Positions 47,923 through 62,928 of a stretch of 64,000 nucleotides of DNA are shown piece by piece (position 1 is the stretch's first letter; every line of letters starts with the position of its first letter). Made by a program: the position numbers and the translations under genes. The notes beneath the pieces were generated by a model that was not told the DNA's origin, ran no database searches, and saw nothing but the letters and a program-made list of their open reading frames with translations. The stretch is from Microthyrium microscopicum (Eukaryota), in assembly GCA_010405405.1 (NCBI GenBank), contig MU004231.1, positions 62,001 through 126,000 on the forward strand. The letters run 5' to 3'.

Positions 47923-50900
47923 ATGTGGAGCTCACGATTGGTCATAACCATCAACATGCACCTGCTTCACTGAACATCTCCGGCTTGCAATATACCAATA
48001 AGGCCATTTTTATCCGCAGTCACTATCCAGTCGCTATCAAACAGGTAGACTGTCAACCCCAAACGACAGCAACCTACGTTCGAAACCTGGACTTTGCACA
48101 GTCTACAGTACTACGTTACATACCCCCAGCCTCTCATGAATATTTCCTAATGAATAGATGCATCATGTTTTAACCTGAGCTTTCCTTGTCGCCCTGTACA
48201 TTTTGCATAACCAGAACTTACGGCCTCTTTGTTGCAGCTTTGTATTTCTTTGCTATTATTATGTATAGCATGTGTTCCTAGAAATCCTGTTATTACTTTC
48301 TTTCTTCCTGCGTTGGTTTTAGCATGCTGGATTGTGCTTTTGTACCTCCAATTCCGTCGGATACTATCGTCAAGGAAAGATGTTGAGCTTCCCAGCTACC
48401 TTGTCCTATCGGAATTTGACAGCGAGCACGACTTTCAAAGCGTTTGAAATAGCGGAGCACACGTCTGATGTTCTACCTTGGCTAAGCGTTTTCTTCATGT
48501 AGAATGAGTTGAATGTGGGCCGTCTTTTTTCCGGTTTTATCTGTTACATTTGATGAATTGATGGAGCATTGCGTTGTGAAAGCGAGAGCGAGTTAATGTT
48601 GATGTATCTTTACATACACTTCTGGAGCGCTCAAATCGAAGACTATTTGTACCTGATTTAAGATGATTCTCATGCTACAGTGCTACGATACCTTGGTGAT
48701 ATCTTCATTAAACTAGCAAGCTTTGGAAACACTCTGTTCCTGTTGTGGGTGCCAGAGAGGAGTAGTGAGAAGCCCACTGTTGCATCAGTTTGGTCATTTA
48801 CGAGTTCGTTTTTGAACTCCATTGATACGCTGCGGCCTGTTATGCTAGCCAAACGCTTGCTCATACTCCAGTATGCAGAGCTTAGTAGTAATGATTCCAC
48901 TGTGAGCCCCGATTTACTGGATCAGTGTACCTGAACCAACTATAACTCAATGTTACCAGGAGGCTCTGCTAGAGGATTGACTATCACAGGAGATCAAGCT
49001 CGGGGCTAAGCGATGAGCACCCCAATTTCAGCTCTTTGCTTCTGTCTACGTGCTCGTACTGCAGCTCTAGCTAGACAAGACCACCACGCTTTGCTCGAAC
49101 AAGTGCGTGCTTTTCGGATGAGGCTCAAGAGCTGAGTAGTGAGGACCTTGCTGTCAGCCTCGTCCTGCCGTATATATGCTCGTGTTGTTGCCTCTTTCAG
49201 CGCCGTGGCATTTCACTAGCAGACGGCAACGCATGCTGTATGTATGCTTCCGTATGTCTCATGTCGTTGTACTTCAAGCTGCAGGTTAAAAGGCATGCTT
49301 ATTGCCATGCACTTCTACAGTATATGCATCGGACCACAAATTTCTGTCACTGAGGCATTTTAGGGATTATACGATGCTTGATTGGCTCGAGTTATTAAGT
49401 CTACACGGAGTATAGTATGAGAATGTCTAGTAATTGCTCTGACATGTCAAATGGAGCATCGTGGTTACGGCTTCCTTCTCGCCAACAGCGGGAGCCTCAG
49501 ACATAACTGCAATATATGGGTCTGTCTTTACAAACGAATATTTCTCTTGTCAGTGTAATGCAAAAGCTCCTAGATGAGAATCCGAAGCTGCGGTATCTCC
49601 CTGGAAAACACACGTCTGACAGTATCTAAAGACAGCGAATGCACAATACCTGCCTCCATCCCAACGCTGATTTGACAACAGTTTCAATCCATGGCCTTTC
49701 TTTCAACCGGACATTCGGGATCACTACTCGCTTGAACCCCCGTCTCCCGTCTTTTCCCGGCCGCTGATCAAATCAAAAACATGATGGGACAAGGAGAGCA
49801 TCCTCCTTGTCTTGAGACCTAGCCTGTAACCATGCTCCTGAGCTGTACAGCGCAGCACTCGTCATCCAAAACAGAGCGTTGCAAGTCCAGCCGTTTGCCG
49901 TCACAAGCCACTTACTACCTGACCATTCTGTGCGATGATGCAGTAAGCGGCGCATGTTTTAGGTGATCTCGCTCGTCTGGGGAAGAGCGGAGAATGGGCC
50001 GCGAGCGAGTATCTGGACGCCTCCGCGCACTCAAGACCATGCTCCAGAAAGCACCGGGTTTGCGGTATCGGTCGATGGGCGTCCGTCGTGATGCCGTGCG
50101 ATGGTCATATGGGTCCTGATTTGAGATTGACGGGAAGGGATCTTTAAGCGAGGAGTTTTGAGTGGTGGCTGCTGTGATCGCTATTCCAAACTGCGTTGCT
50201 AGTCGCCTAGAACATAGCGTATGATGTCGTCGACATGGATAACAAAACAGTACAAGTAAAAACTGTCAGGCAAATGTAAAAGTTGATGGCTGAAAAGAGC
50301 TGGAAGCAGCTCCAAGCGAGTGGTTGACAACCGAATGCGATCTGGTTGTGCTCCAGCTAGCCAATGTTCAGCCTTATTGGACTAGCGGAGAAGGAAGTAT
50401 TGCATTTAATCAACCGCACCGGCGCCCAACGGCGCAACGTTGGACCGTAGCACTGGGGGAAGGTGTTTTAAGCCTCATTCTCCTCATATCCCTTGACACT
50501 GCTGCGTAATCGATCAGCCAAATCAAAGTCTAGACTATCGAGTGTGTCAAATGAGAAGCCGTGTAGTGAGGGAATACAACGCCATAAACGCCATGCATAT
50601 TCATCCATGGTGAATTGGCCTTTTTGGGAAGGGTAGAATGAACTGATTTGGTCCTTGAAGTTAGGATAAACGCCATATTTGCCTTTTCCAAACAACCTGG
50701 AGTACAAATCAGGCCATTTCTAGCTTGCTCTGTCGTAACAGTGAATTCTCCAGCTCAGTGCAGCAACGCCCACGCGATTGACGTTTTGGGCGTATTTGCA
50801 ACGGCTGTACTTTTAATTTTTCTGCCTAAAGCATAGTTTTGAATTGAAGGTTGGTTCCAAGGTTGTGACGGTTGTCAAGCGGTTTGTGTCAATGCGCTCA

Positions 50901-53900
50901 CACCACGGGCCGGCGCGGATTGACAGGACGCAGCAGCATGGATGCTTAATGCTGAATGCTGTTGTGGAAAGGAGTGTAAAACTATGTCATACTCAAATCT
51001 AATAGACTCTTCCTTGTGTTAACAGCAACACACGGGGGGGAATTGTCTCGGATTCAAGCAGGGTTGTCTTGTCGTCTAGAATAGGGCGCTGAAGAAGAGA
51101 GGATGTCCTTTTATTGAGCGCCAAAGCAACCCATGTTTTCGAAAGTTCAAAGCAGCGCTTATCTTGGCCATCAGGAGTGAATGGAACAAGTCACCCTGAG
51201 AGACATCTCATAAATTCCAGGCTGGGGTGATGGCCGGCCAGTCCCAGCTGATCTTCCAGGTCCCTCGTGGCCAAGAGACAGAAATGGTTCAGGCATCCCG
51301 GGCCTCACTTCATGTCGTGCTAGTGAAAGCAAATTATCTCGGGCCATATTCCTTCCAAGCCGGTTCAGCCCGAATGCATAACAAAATATCTTAGAGTCTC
51401 GAGCGCTCAACACTAAGGTTCCCCTGTTTTGAAGTGTCAGAACTCAGAAGTGAAGTCAGCGGAGCCACCTGTCAAACCAAAGAAAGAGGCGTCGAGAATG
51501 CAAGGAACAAGCCTGAGATTCCACGTGAGATTGACAGCAACTCTTTTTTTATGGCTCAAACAACGGTCACTGGCGTGGTTGAAACGTGAAACTAGTGGGA
51601 AAAAATAATAGCTTTTCTCCTGTTCGCTTTCGGGTTTCAACCAGATCAAACTACAACCTTTTGCACGCATCAAGAGAACTAGCACATTCTTGAAATCAAG
51701 TTGCCGATGGACTTGAAGAATAGAACGGAGTCGGACATTGCCGGTACTGTCTTCTAATGAATGGCAGGTGCTTGCTCTGAGCTCAGAGGTAGTTTGGGAA
51801 CTTGCCGGATTACCAAAAGAGCAGACATGGGCATATCATTTTGAATGATATCAATCCCAACCTCTAGATCGTTTCGTTGATGATTGCCTGAACCATATCA
51901 GGGGTAGCGGTGGCCCTCTACCGGTATTTGCGGCTTGTCCTAATCAATTCATTGCCTATAGCATCTTTAAAGCGGTGCTGTTTTCCGTAATTCCGCGACA
52001 TATAAGACATTTGAAGTATTCTCTGGTTGAAGAGATCAAGGTCTCATTTGCTCACATGGAAGAGTAGGTATACTACGAAGTACTTTAAATTATCCCGTTC
52101 AGCCATTCACATTTCTCAAAGGCCTCTGTGGGCGGTGATTGACGAAAAGAGATGGAAAGCCGTGTGGCGTTTTCTTTAATAGGCTGATCTTGCGTGAGCA
52201 CATCCCTTTAGATCAATTCGACGTGGAAATCAATGATTCATTCTACAGCAAAGGGCTTCTTGACGCAAACTCAACATAAGCATGTTACGATAAAGGGAGC
52301 AACTTGCAATGCCATATTCATTCGAAAACTTTGAGCTTGTATTGACCTCGGGACCGTATGTACGGTGCAGCCGCTTCGAAATTTGTGTCGAAGCTGTTGC
52401 AATACTTGAGGTCAAAGTACAACCTTGGAAATCGTCCCTGTTTGATCTTGATGAACAGATCCCGATTGCCTTGGATACCCCAGAGAACCCACTACCTGGT
52501 TCGGTCAACCATACGGTCCATACCGATGGTCGCCTAAAGACATTGTGCTTATTAACTAACTCGTATGGGATTCAATCTTGAAATGACCATGATGCGGTGG
52601 TCAGAACTAAAAGTTGATGTTAAGAATAATGCGCTCGATGATTGTATAGGACAGCAGTCATACTGGGCTTTTCAAATACCTGTCCTATAAACCTCTAATA
52701 GCACCCAATTTCTTAAAAAATATGTTTCTCCCAGGCTGCAACACAAGATTCTTGAAACATAACCTCCGCCTCCCAGTCATACTCTTGAGGATATCAGTCC
52801 ATCCTTTGCAGCGGCTTTCTACCTAATTCCCCCGAATAGGATCATAACATGTTACAATCGGTTTGCTAGATTTACGAATTCGATGCTCCTGTGCTCTCGT
52901 CGGAAATCTTTGTTCTGCTCCCATCGTTATTGCACACCCTGAGAAGGCGTGCAGATCTAAACAAGTAGTATGATCAGGTCATACAGTAATCCCACTATCT
53001 CGAAATATACTGATGCTTTGAATGGGCCTACACTTTTCACAATAGAAGACACCTACCTAATACTTAACGTCCTGCTCTTACTGAAACCAAACACCTGAAC
53101 CGAAGAAAAATCTCCGATACCTTTGCCCAAGGCCACAACAAAACTTGACCGAAACTTAGTACCGGTAGTGCAACGTTCCCCAAAGTGAACACGCGCACAA
53201 GTGTGGTATATTTCTTATATCGATTTCTTTACCAAGCTAATGGTCAACTCTTAGCCGTTCGGTTTTGCAGGGGCTTATCCTGCAAGGACCGGGCTCCATG
53301 CAAAGCCGGAAGGTCATCCAGAAGAAGAGAGCGTTCTGCAGGTTGAATATTAATGGGAATATGCTGGTCATTGATCGATGCTCTCTCCAAGCTCCACGCA
53401 CAACCAATTCGGATTTAGGTAAGACACTGGATTGGATTCGAAATCGATACTGTATCTCTCATTGGAAGTGGCTTGCTATTGTCACATTACTATTCTATAT
53501 TCAGTCATAGTGCATACAAGGACCCTGCAGCCTCCTGACATTCTATCCTTGGGGATCATTGATGGGCTCAGCAATTGATAGTGCCAGACTTGTTGACCGC
53601 GCTTTGATAGTATGGATTTGGCGTTGATATTCAACAATGCCACTTCAGCTTCGTGGACCGCGAAGGCGTAAATCTGGCCCAGCACAGAGGTAAGTTACCA
53701 CGCGCTGGCGGCTGTCTCCACGCGTTTCCACTCCAGTGGGCTTGCCTTGGGAAGAAACCGGCTCCCGGATCCACTCCACCGGCAGCCGATGCTCGTGGCT
53801 TTTCTTTTTTGATACCCAGGTCCCTATCCAGTCTTTTCAAGCTTTGTGGTCTGTGTCATATCGCGACCTAGAGTTTGGAGGTGATCACCACAATGTATGA

Positions 53901-54547
53901 ACTGCAGAGAGTTGCCCCTAAGGGTTTCTTGCACAGACTGAACTTATCTTACGTGCCCATTCGAAGAGTCGAGAAAAGAGCCGCCCGCGAGCTGACCGCC
54001 CTGATCGTATGCATCGGCCATTCAGTCTTCAATAGGCGGATGCACGAAAGCTTGTGCTCTCCAATAGCAGCTAGGTTGTCCGAGGACGAAACAATTGCAG
54101 GTCGAATGGCGCATGAACCGCCCGTCCACCAATGCATTCCCAATGCATATCATCCGCAAAGCCGCTTGCTTGTCTGTGCGGGATTTCATGGGGTTTGACT
54201 TGGTTATGCCACATGCGACGGGGAGTTAGGTATCTTGGGCTGTTGGCTGTGGGCTGGCATCAAGCAATAATATATTCGCTGGCCATCTCTAAAGTGCCTG
54301 TGCAGGGACCTTTGTATCTGCAGACTGTTCATCAAAGAGCTCGACGCATTCTGGAATCTGATCTACTCTATCCTACCACAAAGCTTGCACTCTTTCCTTT
54401 TATTAAATCGCCTGGTCGATTGATCATTGCACACGCCCCTTTCTATTGTTATCCCTACGGTTCTTCATTGCTGCTACAACGTCAAGCGCGTTCCACAATT
54501 CTGGCTCTCTGCTTCCCTCTTCAACCCCTCTTTGCCTTTCTCCCTGC

Positions 54548-54634
54548 ATGTGCCAGTACTGTTATATGACGAGCCTGTCCATCTCTGTCCCCATTGAAGT
54601 CTATACTGGAGAAGATTCCACCTTGTTGCGGTGA
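54548..54634 (+). promoter_or_regulatory. Candidate uORF (28 aa) ending 19 nt before the transcription factor start
   Basis: ATG 54548 and ATG 54566 share one frame (MCQYCYMTSLSISVPIEVYTGEDSTLLR*), downstream of a CT-rich stretch. Confidence 0.35.
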
Positions 54635-54653
54635 CAAGTTGTGTCTTGTTGCA

Positions 54654-57081
54654 ATGTCCGGATTCCCGCACGCCTCTCTTCCACAACAGTACAGTCTGTT
54701 TCCGTCGTACTACACCGTTGATGAAAATGGCCAACCCATCATCCAGCCAAACGCTTATATACAAGCTGGCGGCTTGCCCGGATTCTCTCACCAAGCTCCG
54801 GATTCTTTCAATCTAGGATTCGACTTTGATGACTCAAATCGGACCATGATACCTGCTCAAGGTGGATCTCGAACTCGCCGACGAGTCGGGACTGCTGGCG
54901 AACATGTCAAATTTCGGCGCACCAGAAGTGGTTGCTATACTTGCCGAAATCGTAGAGTCAAGGTACGTCACGTTTGTATGAGGATCTCCCGAAGAAACAC
55001 TTCTAATCAAGAGTCTTCTCCTGTAGTGCGATGAAGGAAGACCGACATGTGAGCGTAAGTTTCATTCTTAAAACAAGTTGAATCATCTCGTGGCCTATAT
55101 GCCCTGACTCTAATAAAACATTAGGATGCAAGAAGGGCAATAGAGAATGTGTCTATCCGGAAGTATCCACCACATCGAAACCTCGCCGCGGAAGCTCCAA
55201 AGACAAGACGGCCAATGACGAGGGCTCCTCCGCAGAGTCCGCAGAGGATGACCTTGACGAAGAGACGATTCTGCTATCATCCATATCTGGGTCCAGTGAA
55301 CCGAACTTCCCAATCACAAGTCCCGAATTATCAGAACTTTCAACGCCAATTCTTACTCATAGCACTAATTCGCGAGAGCAAAGTAGTGAACTAATGCAAG
55401 ATGAACAAATGACACCGATCATGAGTCGTGCAAATAGCATGACAGCCAGGCCCAGATCTTTGAGCACCGATGCGTTATCCAAATATTCCGAAGATATACA
55501 ATTCTACATGCGTTATGCAAAGACTAATATGACTGCGTACCATTGGAACTACGCTCCCGATGGTTCCGATTTTCTCCAAACCGCGCTTCTCGAGGCAGCC
55601 CTTCGTTACGAGCCCCTTCTCTATGCGGTCACCTGCTTCTCAGCATACCATCATTCACTAAGCCAAAAAGACGGACATATCGGGCAATTTCTTGGATATC
55701 ACTCACGATCAGTCTTTGCGCTAAGTCAAGCGTTGGCAAAAGGTCAGAAACGAACGATCGCAACGCTACTAACTATCCTCCAGCTTGCAACGATCGAAGT
55801 AAGCCTCCAAATCCCTCCACTCTCCAATGCTAATATTCTTTTTAGGAATCTTTAGGCGATTGGGTAAATCTAATGAGCCATCAAAAGGCCGCATGCTCAA
55901 TCCTAACCGAGTTGTACACTCCCAAATCCATAATGCGACATCCAATGTTGCGGAACATCCTCAAGTGGTATATGCACTTTGATCAATATGTTGCTATGCT
56001 CTCCGGGACCCCGGCCGTCATTTCGAGAGACTGGCTAGAGGCTCAGCACGCATTTTATGTTGAAGAAGTCGAAAAATCACCAAATACGATCGTTATCCTT
56101 TACGAGGAGGCAATGTCCAAAACAAAACTCATAAGCTTCGACATATTTCAATTATTTAGTCAACTGAATACAGGAGACCTGTCAGAAGCAGAGTTTCAAG
56201 AAAAAGCGACCAAATTTGAACGGCAGCTCAATCGATGGCGAGAAGACATGCATCCAGCCTTGCTCAATCCCGAGCATCTGGTTACCGACTTTTCCGGAGC
56301 GCCACCTAGGGATCCAGATGACATTGTAGACCCATACGAGCCAGGACTTATATATAGTGGGGATTTGTTTCCGACGAATCAGTTTCTTCTTGGAGTGCAA
56401 GGTCTGAAAAACGTCTTTGATTCTAGAATGGCTGCTGTAAGAGGAGTTCCAAAACCAGATGGAGCAGCTCAAAAACTCGCATGGGATTGTGCAAAAGTTC
56501 TGGACGCCGTTCAACATTGGCCAGGGTCACCAAAGGGAGCAATGCTCTCCTTTCGCGCCATTTTCTCTCTATCTGCCTTCTTACTTCCCACGGGCGAAAA
56601 AGAGATTCGGTGGATGAGGAAAAAGTTTGCTGCCATCGAAGCTGAAGGGTGAGTCAAGATTGGTTAGTTGATGTTCATTTGCTAACAATACAGGTATATA
56701 TTCCCTGACTCAATTAAAGGACGACTTGAAGCACAATGGGGAGAAGATCTTTCAGCATGGTGGTTGCCAAATGATGAAAACCTTCCACCAGTCGTAAGAG
56801 GTATTAGAGAATTTATCTCTGAAAGATCTGCCGCTCATCAAGACGATAAAAGCGCCAACATCCGTGATATGAGAGGTATTTTCCAGACACTTAACCTGTC
56901 CGACCAGTCCAGTCCAGAAAGTACCGACATACACAGTCCTGGATCTAGTTCAAATCTACGGAGCGACAAGCGTAGCCCGCCAGACCAAGAAAAGACTCAG
57001 CAAGAACAGGATTACAAATGGCCACCAAACCTCCTGGATGCCAAGGAACTTCATCTGTATACTCAAGGAACCAACTCGTGA
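54654..57081 (+). CDS. Zn(II)2Cys6 transcription factor with fungal-specific TF domain (multi-exon)
   Basis: RTRSGCYTCRNRRVK|CDEGRPTCE|RCKKGNRECVYP across two introns; middle region LLYAVTCFSAYH and TILQLATIE. Confidence 0.92.
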
Positions 57082-59756
57082 TTGAAGGTCAGAAAAGAAC
57101 AGCAATCTATGACAGTTCATAGCTCCAGAGCCATCTCACAGACTTTGAGTGCACTAAAGTGTCAATGGTATCGCCCATACCATAAATCTTGCGGTATAGC
57201 TTCTCGAGCGGCAAAAGTGTTTCCAAGCTCCGACAATTGGAACTGGAAATTTCCTTGCGTCAGTACCTAGGTAGTAAAGTGATTGACACGATCCAGATCA
57301 CAGCCGTGTCTTCCGGAGGATCTACGCATACTACCAGCATTGGCCAATTCGCTCGAGCTTCTCAAATACATGAATATGTTACCGCCTTGTGTATGATCCC
57401 ACCAGTTGATATTCTTGGATGTCGGCGCCGGACCTGATGGATTTGGGGGTAAAGCTCCGAAAGTCAAGGATATACCTTTCGGGGTAATTTTACTCATCTT
57501 GCCCGATCATTTGAACGCACAAGCAACTGTCAGGACAGCACGGTCGTAGATGATAGCTTCGACTCACGGACCCGTTCTTAATGTTGCCCTGTAGGATCTG
57601 CCTGTCTATAGTGCTATCCACACTTGGGCATACCAAGCCAAGAGCAGGGAGGACTCGAAACACTCTCCCCTTCATTGGAATTTCAGCCCTGGTCTCGCAA
57701 GGCTGTACTCGATCTTCGCTATTGTCCGCGAAATACAACCTTAAATACGAATGCACCAACCTTCAGTGAGGCATCAGATCTGACTGATGCTCTGTTCTCC
57801 ACTTCTCCATGATTCGTTCATTTTCAGTAGCTACTGGGGCATCGAAAATGTTCAACCGAGGTACACTTTTTGAACCATTTTGCGAATCCAGTTTGTCAAG
57901 CTGGGAATCAGGCGGACAAACTATTACTTCCAGGCCGATGACTATTTCGAATATCAACGGAACTATGCATAACACTCCATGTACTATAGTAGACTAGCAT
58001 GTACTCCTCGTGTAGTCCACATTACGGCCGCAAGGTACTGCTCCCCTCGATGGACATTACCATTTCAAAACGTGATGCATTGTCTCCTGATTCTTACGCT
58101 CGATTTCTCGAAAATTTAACATCATCATGATTACAAAGCTGCCATCGAGATAGCAAAGTAAAGGCCATGGCCCCTTCAGCTGCGCTGGCTCCCATATGCT
58201 ACCATCTAATGTCTAGCACTTTGTCTGCCATAGAAGGCGTTCCAACCTGTACTGTTTATGGGATGCGATGGTCATTACAGCATATCTGGTTTTGAAGCAT
58301 CTGTGAGAGCCATGGCCGCTGTGCGATCATGTCATTCACTTTGTTATTCGTGTACTTGTGGTGCAAGAACCGATAAGTTATAACATACAACAAGTTCAAG
58401 AGTCTTCAGACAAAGTGCGCTTTGCAATCTCAGTAACCAATAATTAGATATCCAAGGTACATTCCAAACTACCTTGTTCTCTGTCTTTTAGAGGCAGTAT
58501 ACAGTTTTTCCCAGCAAACATGTGTTCATGCACTTTCAGATTTTTAAATCAGAACAGATCATGCTTGAATTGGCTTTCAGACTCAAATCCTACATGGGGC
58601 TAATATTTTCATACACATTCATACTTTGCCAATGAACAGGTTCTTGCTTACGCCCAGGTAAGGACTGTGTAGACCTCCAAGATTTTCTTTCCGTCTTTGA
58701 GACGCTTTCAGAATTTAAGTCGACCTCAAATATCGTTGCTTCCTCTACGTTGCGTAGATCAATTCGATCGAATTGCGCTAACCTTTGGAATTCATTCAAA
58801 CGCACGAATCAGTCGTGCCATCAATTCCTGAAGAGAGCTCACTTGGGGATAGGAGACTACATATAGAGTGAATACAAGAAGATGTCCTCTCCCAAGAGCA
58901 GATTCTGCAAAGAATAAAGTTGGCCGCATGCAATGCAGTCAAAATAAACTGCATCAGGCTTGAAGAGGATGACAGGAAGGTTAAGGAAGTCATCTTCGAT
59001 AGTTCAAGCCTTCACTTGTCCATCATTTCCAGAACGCGATATGACTTCTATATGTCATGGTGGCTCTCGATGGCAAGGTATCCTTCATTCGGATTGATAG
59101 CGGCCATTGGACAAAAAGACATGTTCCAAGTCAAGACCAACTATTGCTGGATATATATCACAGTGAACCAGTGATACTGTTAGACAAGCTCTGAAGCTGG
59201 ACAGGCTGACAGTCAAAACAGTGTATACGAAGACGTACTCGAAATTGCGGAAGACATGCTGAGCTCACTTTCGACAATGGCCGAAAATCCTTTCATCAAA
59301 TGAACTTGTTGATGTTGAATAAGATGAAAAAAGGCGAAGTTGAGATCGATCTGGAGAAGCAAAAGGGGTCAACAGCCCTAAGATATGTAACCCTAAAGAG
59401 CAGCATCAAAATACGTCACGGGACAGCAACGCCATCCAGATTCCAGCATGAAGCCAAGCCAACCAGAGCAACCACCGCTACTTGACTTCTATCACTTGTT
59501 CTACCACTGCTGACTCTCTCACACTCAACTTGCACCTACCTTTGTCCTCTGACGCTTCATATCGCCTCCCTTCTTTGTTCTTACCCTTTCAACCTCGCCC
59601 ATCGTCTCTACTCGTCTCGCCAACACCCCAGAGACTGCTATCAGGCCCCACCTTTTGAACCTAAGCCTAAACATCTAGTCGCCCCGCGACTATTGCGAGC
59701 AGCCAGCTCGTTTCCTACACGTTTCCTTCTTCCTATCCGACATACAGTAGGCCAGT

Positions 59757-60659
59757 ATGTCTGCTGGCTGGGGTTTCGGCGGCTGGTTTGGCGGAGGCGC
59801 CGCTTCTCGCAAGGAAGCTCCCAAGAAGGCGATTCTGTCGCTGCGCGCCCAGCTAGAGATGCTATCGAAGCGAGAGAAGCATTTAGAGAACCAGATCAAC
59901 GAGCAAGATGGAATCGCGAGGAAATATGTCAGTACAAATAAGAATGGTATGTGCTATCTTTCATTGTATTGTTGGTTTGGTGATCGTGAGGCCTGTTCCA
60001 GGCAGCCGTGACTAGGCCATTTGTTGATACATGAGCATAAATGCTAACGATATTCTTATAGCCGCAAAGGCAGCGTTACGGCGGAAGAAGCAGTTTGAAC
60101 ACGCTCTAGATCAAACCCAAGGTCAGATTATGAGTCTTGAACGGGAAATACATAGCATAGAGACTGCGAATATCAACAAGGAGACACTCGAGGCGATGAA
60201 GAACGCTAGCAAGGCTATGAAAGAGATACACGGTGGTCTTACTATCGACAAGGTCGACCAGACAATGTACGTGACTACCGCAAGTTTTACATACTGTGAT
60301 ACTGACAAATTTGATAGGGAAGATCTCCGCGAACAGCATGCTATCGGCGAAGAAATCGGCGAGGCCATTACACAGTCTATTGCTACGCCAGGTTATGACG
60401 AGACTGAGCTTGAGGACGAGCTAGAGGCCCTGCAACAAGAGGCTTTGGACGACAAGTTAATGCAGACCGGCCATGTACCGAAAGATCGGGTGGATGCGCT
60501 TCCAACTGCGCCCGAAGGAGGTTTGTTTGATTCCCGTCATATGTCGAGCATTCTTATGGCTTACTAACTTCCAATCCAGTCAAAGGCAAAGCCACCGCAG
60601 TCACAGAGGACGACGAAGAAGAGGAATTACGGAAGCTACAAGCAGAAATGGCCATGTGA
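59757..60659 (+). CDS. SNF7: ESCRT-III subunit Snf7/Vps32 (multi-exon)
   Basis: PKKAILSLRAQLEMLSKREKHL, AKAALRRKK, IETANINKETL, C-terminal EDDEEEELRKLQAEMAM*. Confidence 0.96.
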
Positions 60660-60984
60660 GGTATCTCCAACTAATCTTAGTTCATGGCCACACAGCACAG
60701 ACTATACTCATGAGGCGGCGTTCTTTGGGACAGACTGACCTAATCTATCTTGTTTGGGTTCTTCTTTTGCACTTTGATGGCATTCTGCGCGGGATAGTAC
60801 AACTTCTTCCAAGTACAACGGGGAATAACGGATGATATACTCTTTTTGAGCTTGCTTTCTGAATTTGCTTTTGACCAGTCCGCGAAACGCTACTGGTAGC
60901 TAGCTTCTACTTACAGACATTGAAAGTGATTCGTTATCATACAAATAATATACAGCGACTGCTACAATATTCATCCCTTTCCTC

Positions 60985-62928
60985 CTATTTTGACAAGAAC
61001 GCTTGGAAAGCTTCATGCTTGATGACCACATTACCCACCGCTCTCAACTTCTTACGGCCCTCCTTTTGCCGCTCCAATAACTTACGTCTTCGCGATACAT
61101 CAGCGGCATGCAATTTTGCCAACACATCTTTGCGATATGCCTTGATCGTCTCGCGCGCCACCACCCGTCGTCCAACAGCCGCCTGTAGTACAATTTCAAA
61201 CATCTGCCTCTCCACATGCTGCTTGAACTTGCTCACCCACTCTCTACCCAGCCTCTCCGCTTGACTGAAATGTATAATGCGCGCCACAGCGTCCACGGGG
61301 ATCTTGTTGACAAGGAGCTGTAATTTAACGACATTGGCCGGTTTAAAGCCAGAGTCTTCGTAATCGAGGGAGGCGTAGCCTTGGGTTGCGCCCTTGAGTT
61401 TGCCGAAAAAGTCATCGACTAGTTGGGCTAGTGGGATGTCGTATTTGAGAATGACCTGCGTGGACGTGAAGAAGGTAAGGTCAATTTGAGTACCGCGGTT
61501 CGCTTCGCAGAGTTCAATGACTTTGCCTACGTATGTTTCTGGGAGTGTGATGGTGCAGAGGACATAGGGTTCTGCGAGTTCGCGGACTTTGTGCTTGAGG
61601 GCGTCAGAGTCTGGAAAATCATTGGGATTGCTGATGGTGGTTTGGCGACCGTCTGTCCAGGTTATGCGGAAGGGGACTGTGGGCGGAGTGAGGATTACGT
61701 TTGCGCCGTGTTCTTGGCGAAGTCGGTCCTGGAAGACGGAGCAGTGGAGGGTGCCGAGGAAGCCGAGACGCCAGCCGCCGCCGAGTGCTTCGGAGGATTC
61801 TTTGGCGACGGTTACGGAGCGGTCGTTTAGGACGAGGGCGGAGATGCTGTCTTCGAGGTGTGTGTAGTCGCCTTGGTCGGTGGGGAAGGCTGCGACGAAG
61901 ACCATGGGTTTGGTTTCTTCGAAGCCTGCGAGTGGTTTGACGTGCTTTTCGCTACTCACGGTTGTGAAGGTGTCGCCAATTTTGGCGTCTTGGATGCGCT
62001 TCATGCCGGGATTAAAGTAGATGTAACCGACTTGGCCGGCGCGGAGGGAGGTTTGAGGGGTTTGTTCGGGATACATGATTCCCACCTCACCTATTATGTA
62101 CTTGTTGCCGGTTGCGAATGATATTACATGGTCGCCTGGTCGGAGGGTTCCTTCGAATACTCTGATCAGTAAGGTGACGCCTTTGTAATTGTCGTACCAG
62201 GAATCGACAAGTAGAACCTGGAGATAGCCAGTTTCGTCTCCAATAGGCGATGGGATATGCTCAATGACTTGGGGCAGGAGAGCTTCGACATTCTTCCCAC
62301 TCTTTGCTGACAGCAGCACAGCCGAATCAGGATCCAGTTCAAATGTGCTCTTGATTTGCTCCAATGCTCGAGGCGCATCAGCGGATGGAAGGTCAATCTT
62401 GTTGATGACTGGCAAAAGCTCGAGTCCCTGAGCAAAAGCTAGATAGAAGTTTGCGACCGTTTGTGCCTGTACACCTTGACTGGCATCAACCAGAAGCAGA
62501 GCTCCTCCACAGCTGGCATAACTTCTTGAAACCTCGGCTCTAAAGTCAACATGGCCAGGTGTGTCCACAAGATGTAGCAGATAGTCCAATCCCTTGTAGT
62601 TATAAAGCATGCTACATGTTTGTGCCTTGACTGTGATGCCGCGCTCTCTCTCAACATCCAGTTTATCCAAGACCTGCTTGTTTCCGCCAGGCGCAATAGT
62701 CCCAGTAAGCTCCAAGAGCCTGTCACTCAGGGTACTCTTGCCATGATCAACATGGGCCACGATACAGAAATTTCTGAATCGTTCAATGGGTATTGCGGCG
62801 ATGCGTTGCTCGAGTTGGGATTGGACGGGCTTTGCGATGGCATATCGACGAATGCTACGAGGGCAGAATTGTGGTTTGTAGATCCAGGACCGGAGGACGG
62901 GATTCGAGTGTCGAAGCCATGATCGCAT
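60985..62928 (-). CDS. GUF1: Mitochondrial translation factor Guf1 (LepA/EF4)
   Basis: 647-aa ORF with Arg-rich presequence, [25 protein letters not shown] and C-terminal [13 protein letters not shown]. Confidence 0.97.
   Translation of the reverse strand: MRSWLRHSNPVLRSWIYKPQFCPRSIRRYAIAKPVQSQLEQRIAAIPIERFRNFCIVAHVDHGKSTLSDRLLELTGTIAPGGNKQVLDKLDVERERGITVKAQTCSMLYNYKGLDYLLHLVDTPGHVDFRAEVSRSYASCGGALLLVDASQGVQAQTVANFYLAFAQGLELLPVINKIDLPSADAPRALEQIKSTFELDPDSAVLLSAKSGKNVEALLPQVIEHIPSPIGDETGYLQVLLVDSWYDNYKGVTLLIRVFEGTLRPGDHVISFATGNKYIIGEVGIMYPEQTPQTSLRAGQVGYIYFNPGMKRIQDAKIGDTFTTVSSEKHVKPLAGFEETKPMVFVAAFPTDQGDYTHLEDSISALVLNDRSVTVAKESSEALGGGWRLGFLGTLHCSVFQDRLRQEHGANVILTPPTVPFRITWTDGRQTTISNPNDFPDSDALKHKVRELAEPYVLCTITLPETYVGKVIELCEANRGTQIDLTFFTSTQVILKYDIPLAQLVDDFFGKLKGATQGYASLDYEDSGFKPANVVKLQLLVNKIPVDAVARIIHFSQAERLGREWVSKFKQHVERQMFEIVLQAAVGRRVVARETIKAYRKDVLAKLHAADVSRRRKLLERQKEGRKKLRAVGNVVIKHEAFQAFLSK

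Noticed and set aside
48229..48447. 72-aa hydrophobic ORF
   Set aside because: TTG start and T-rich 3'-UTR-like context explain the hydrophobicity.
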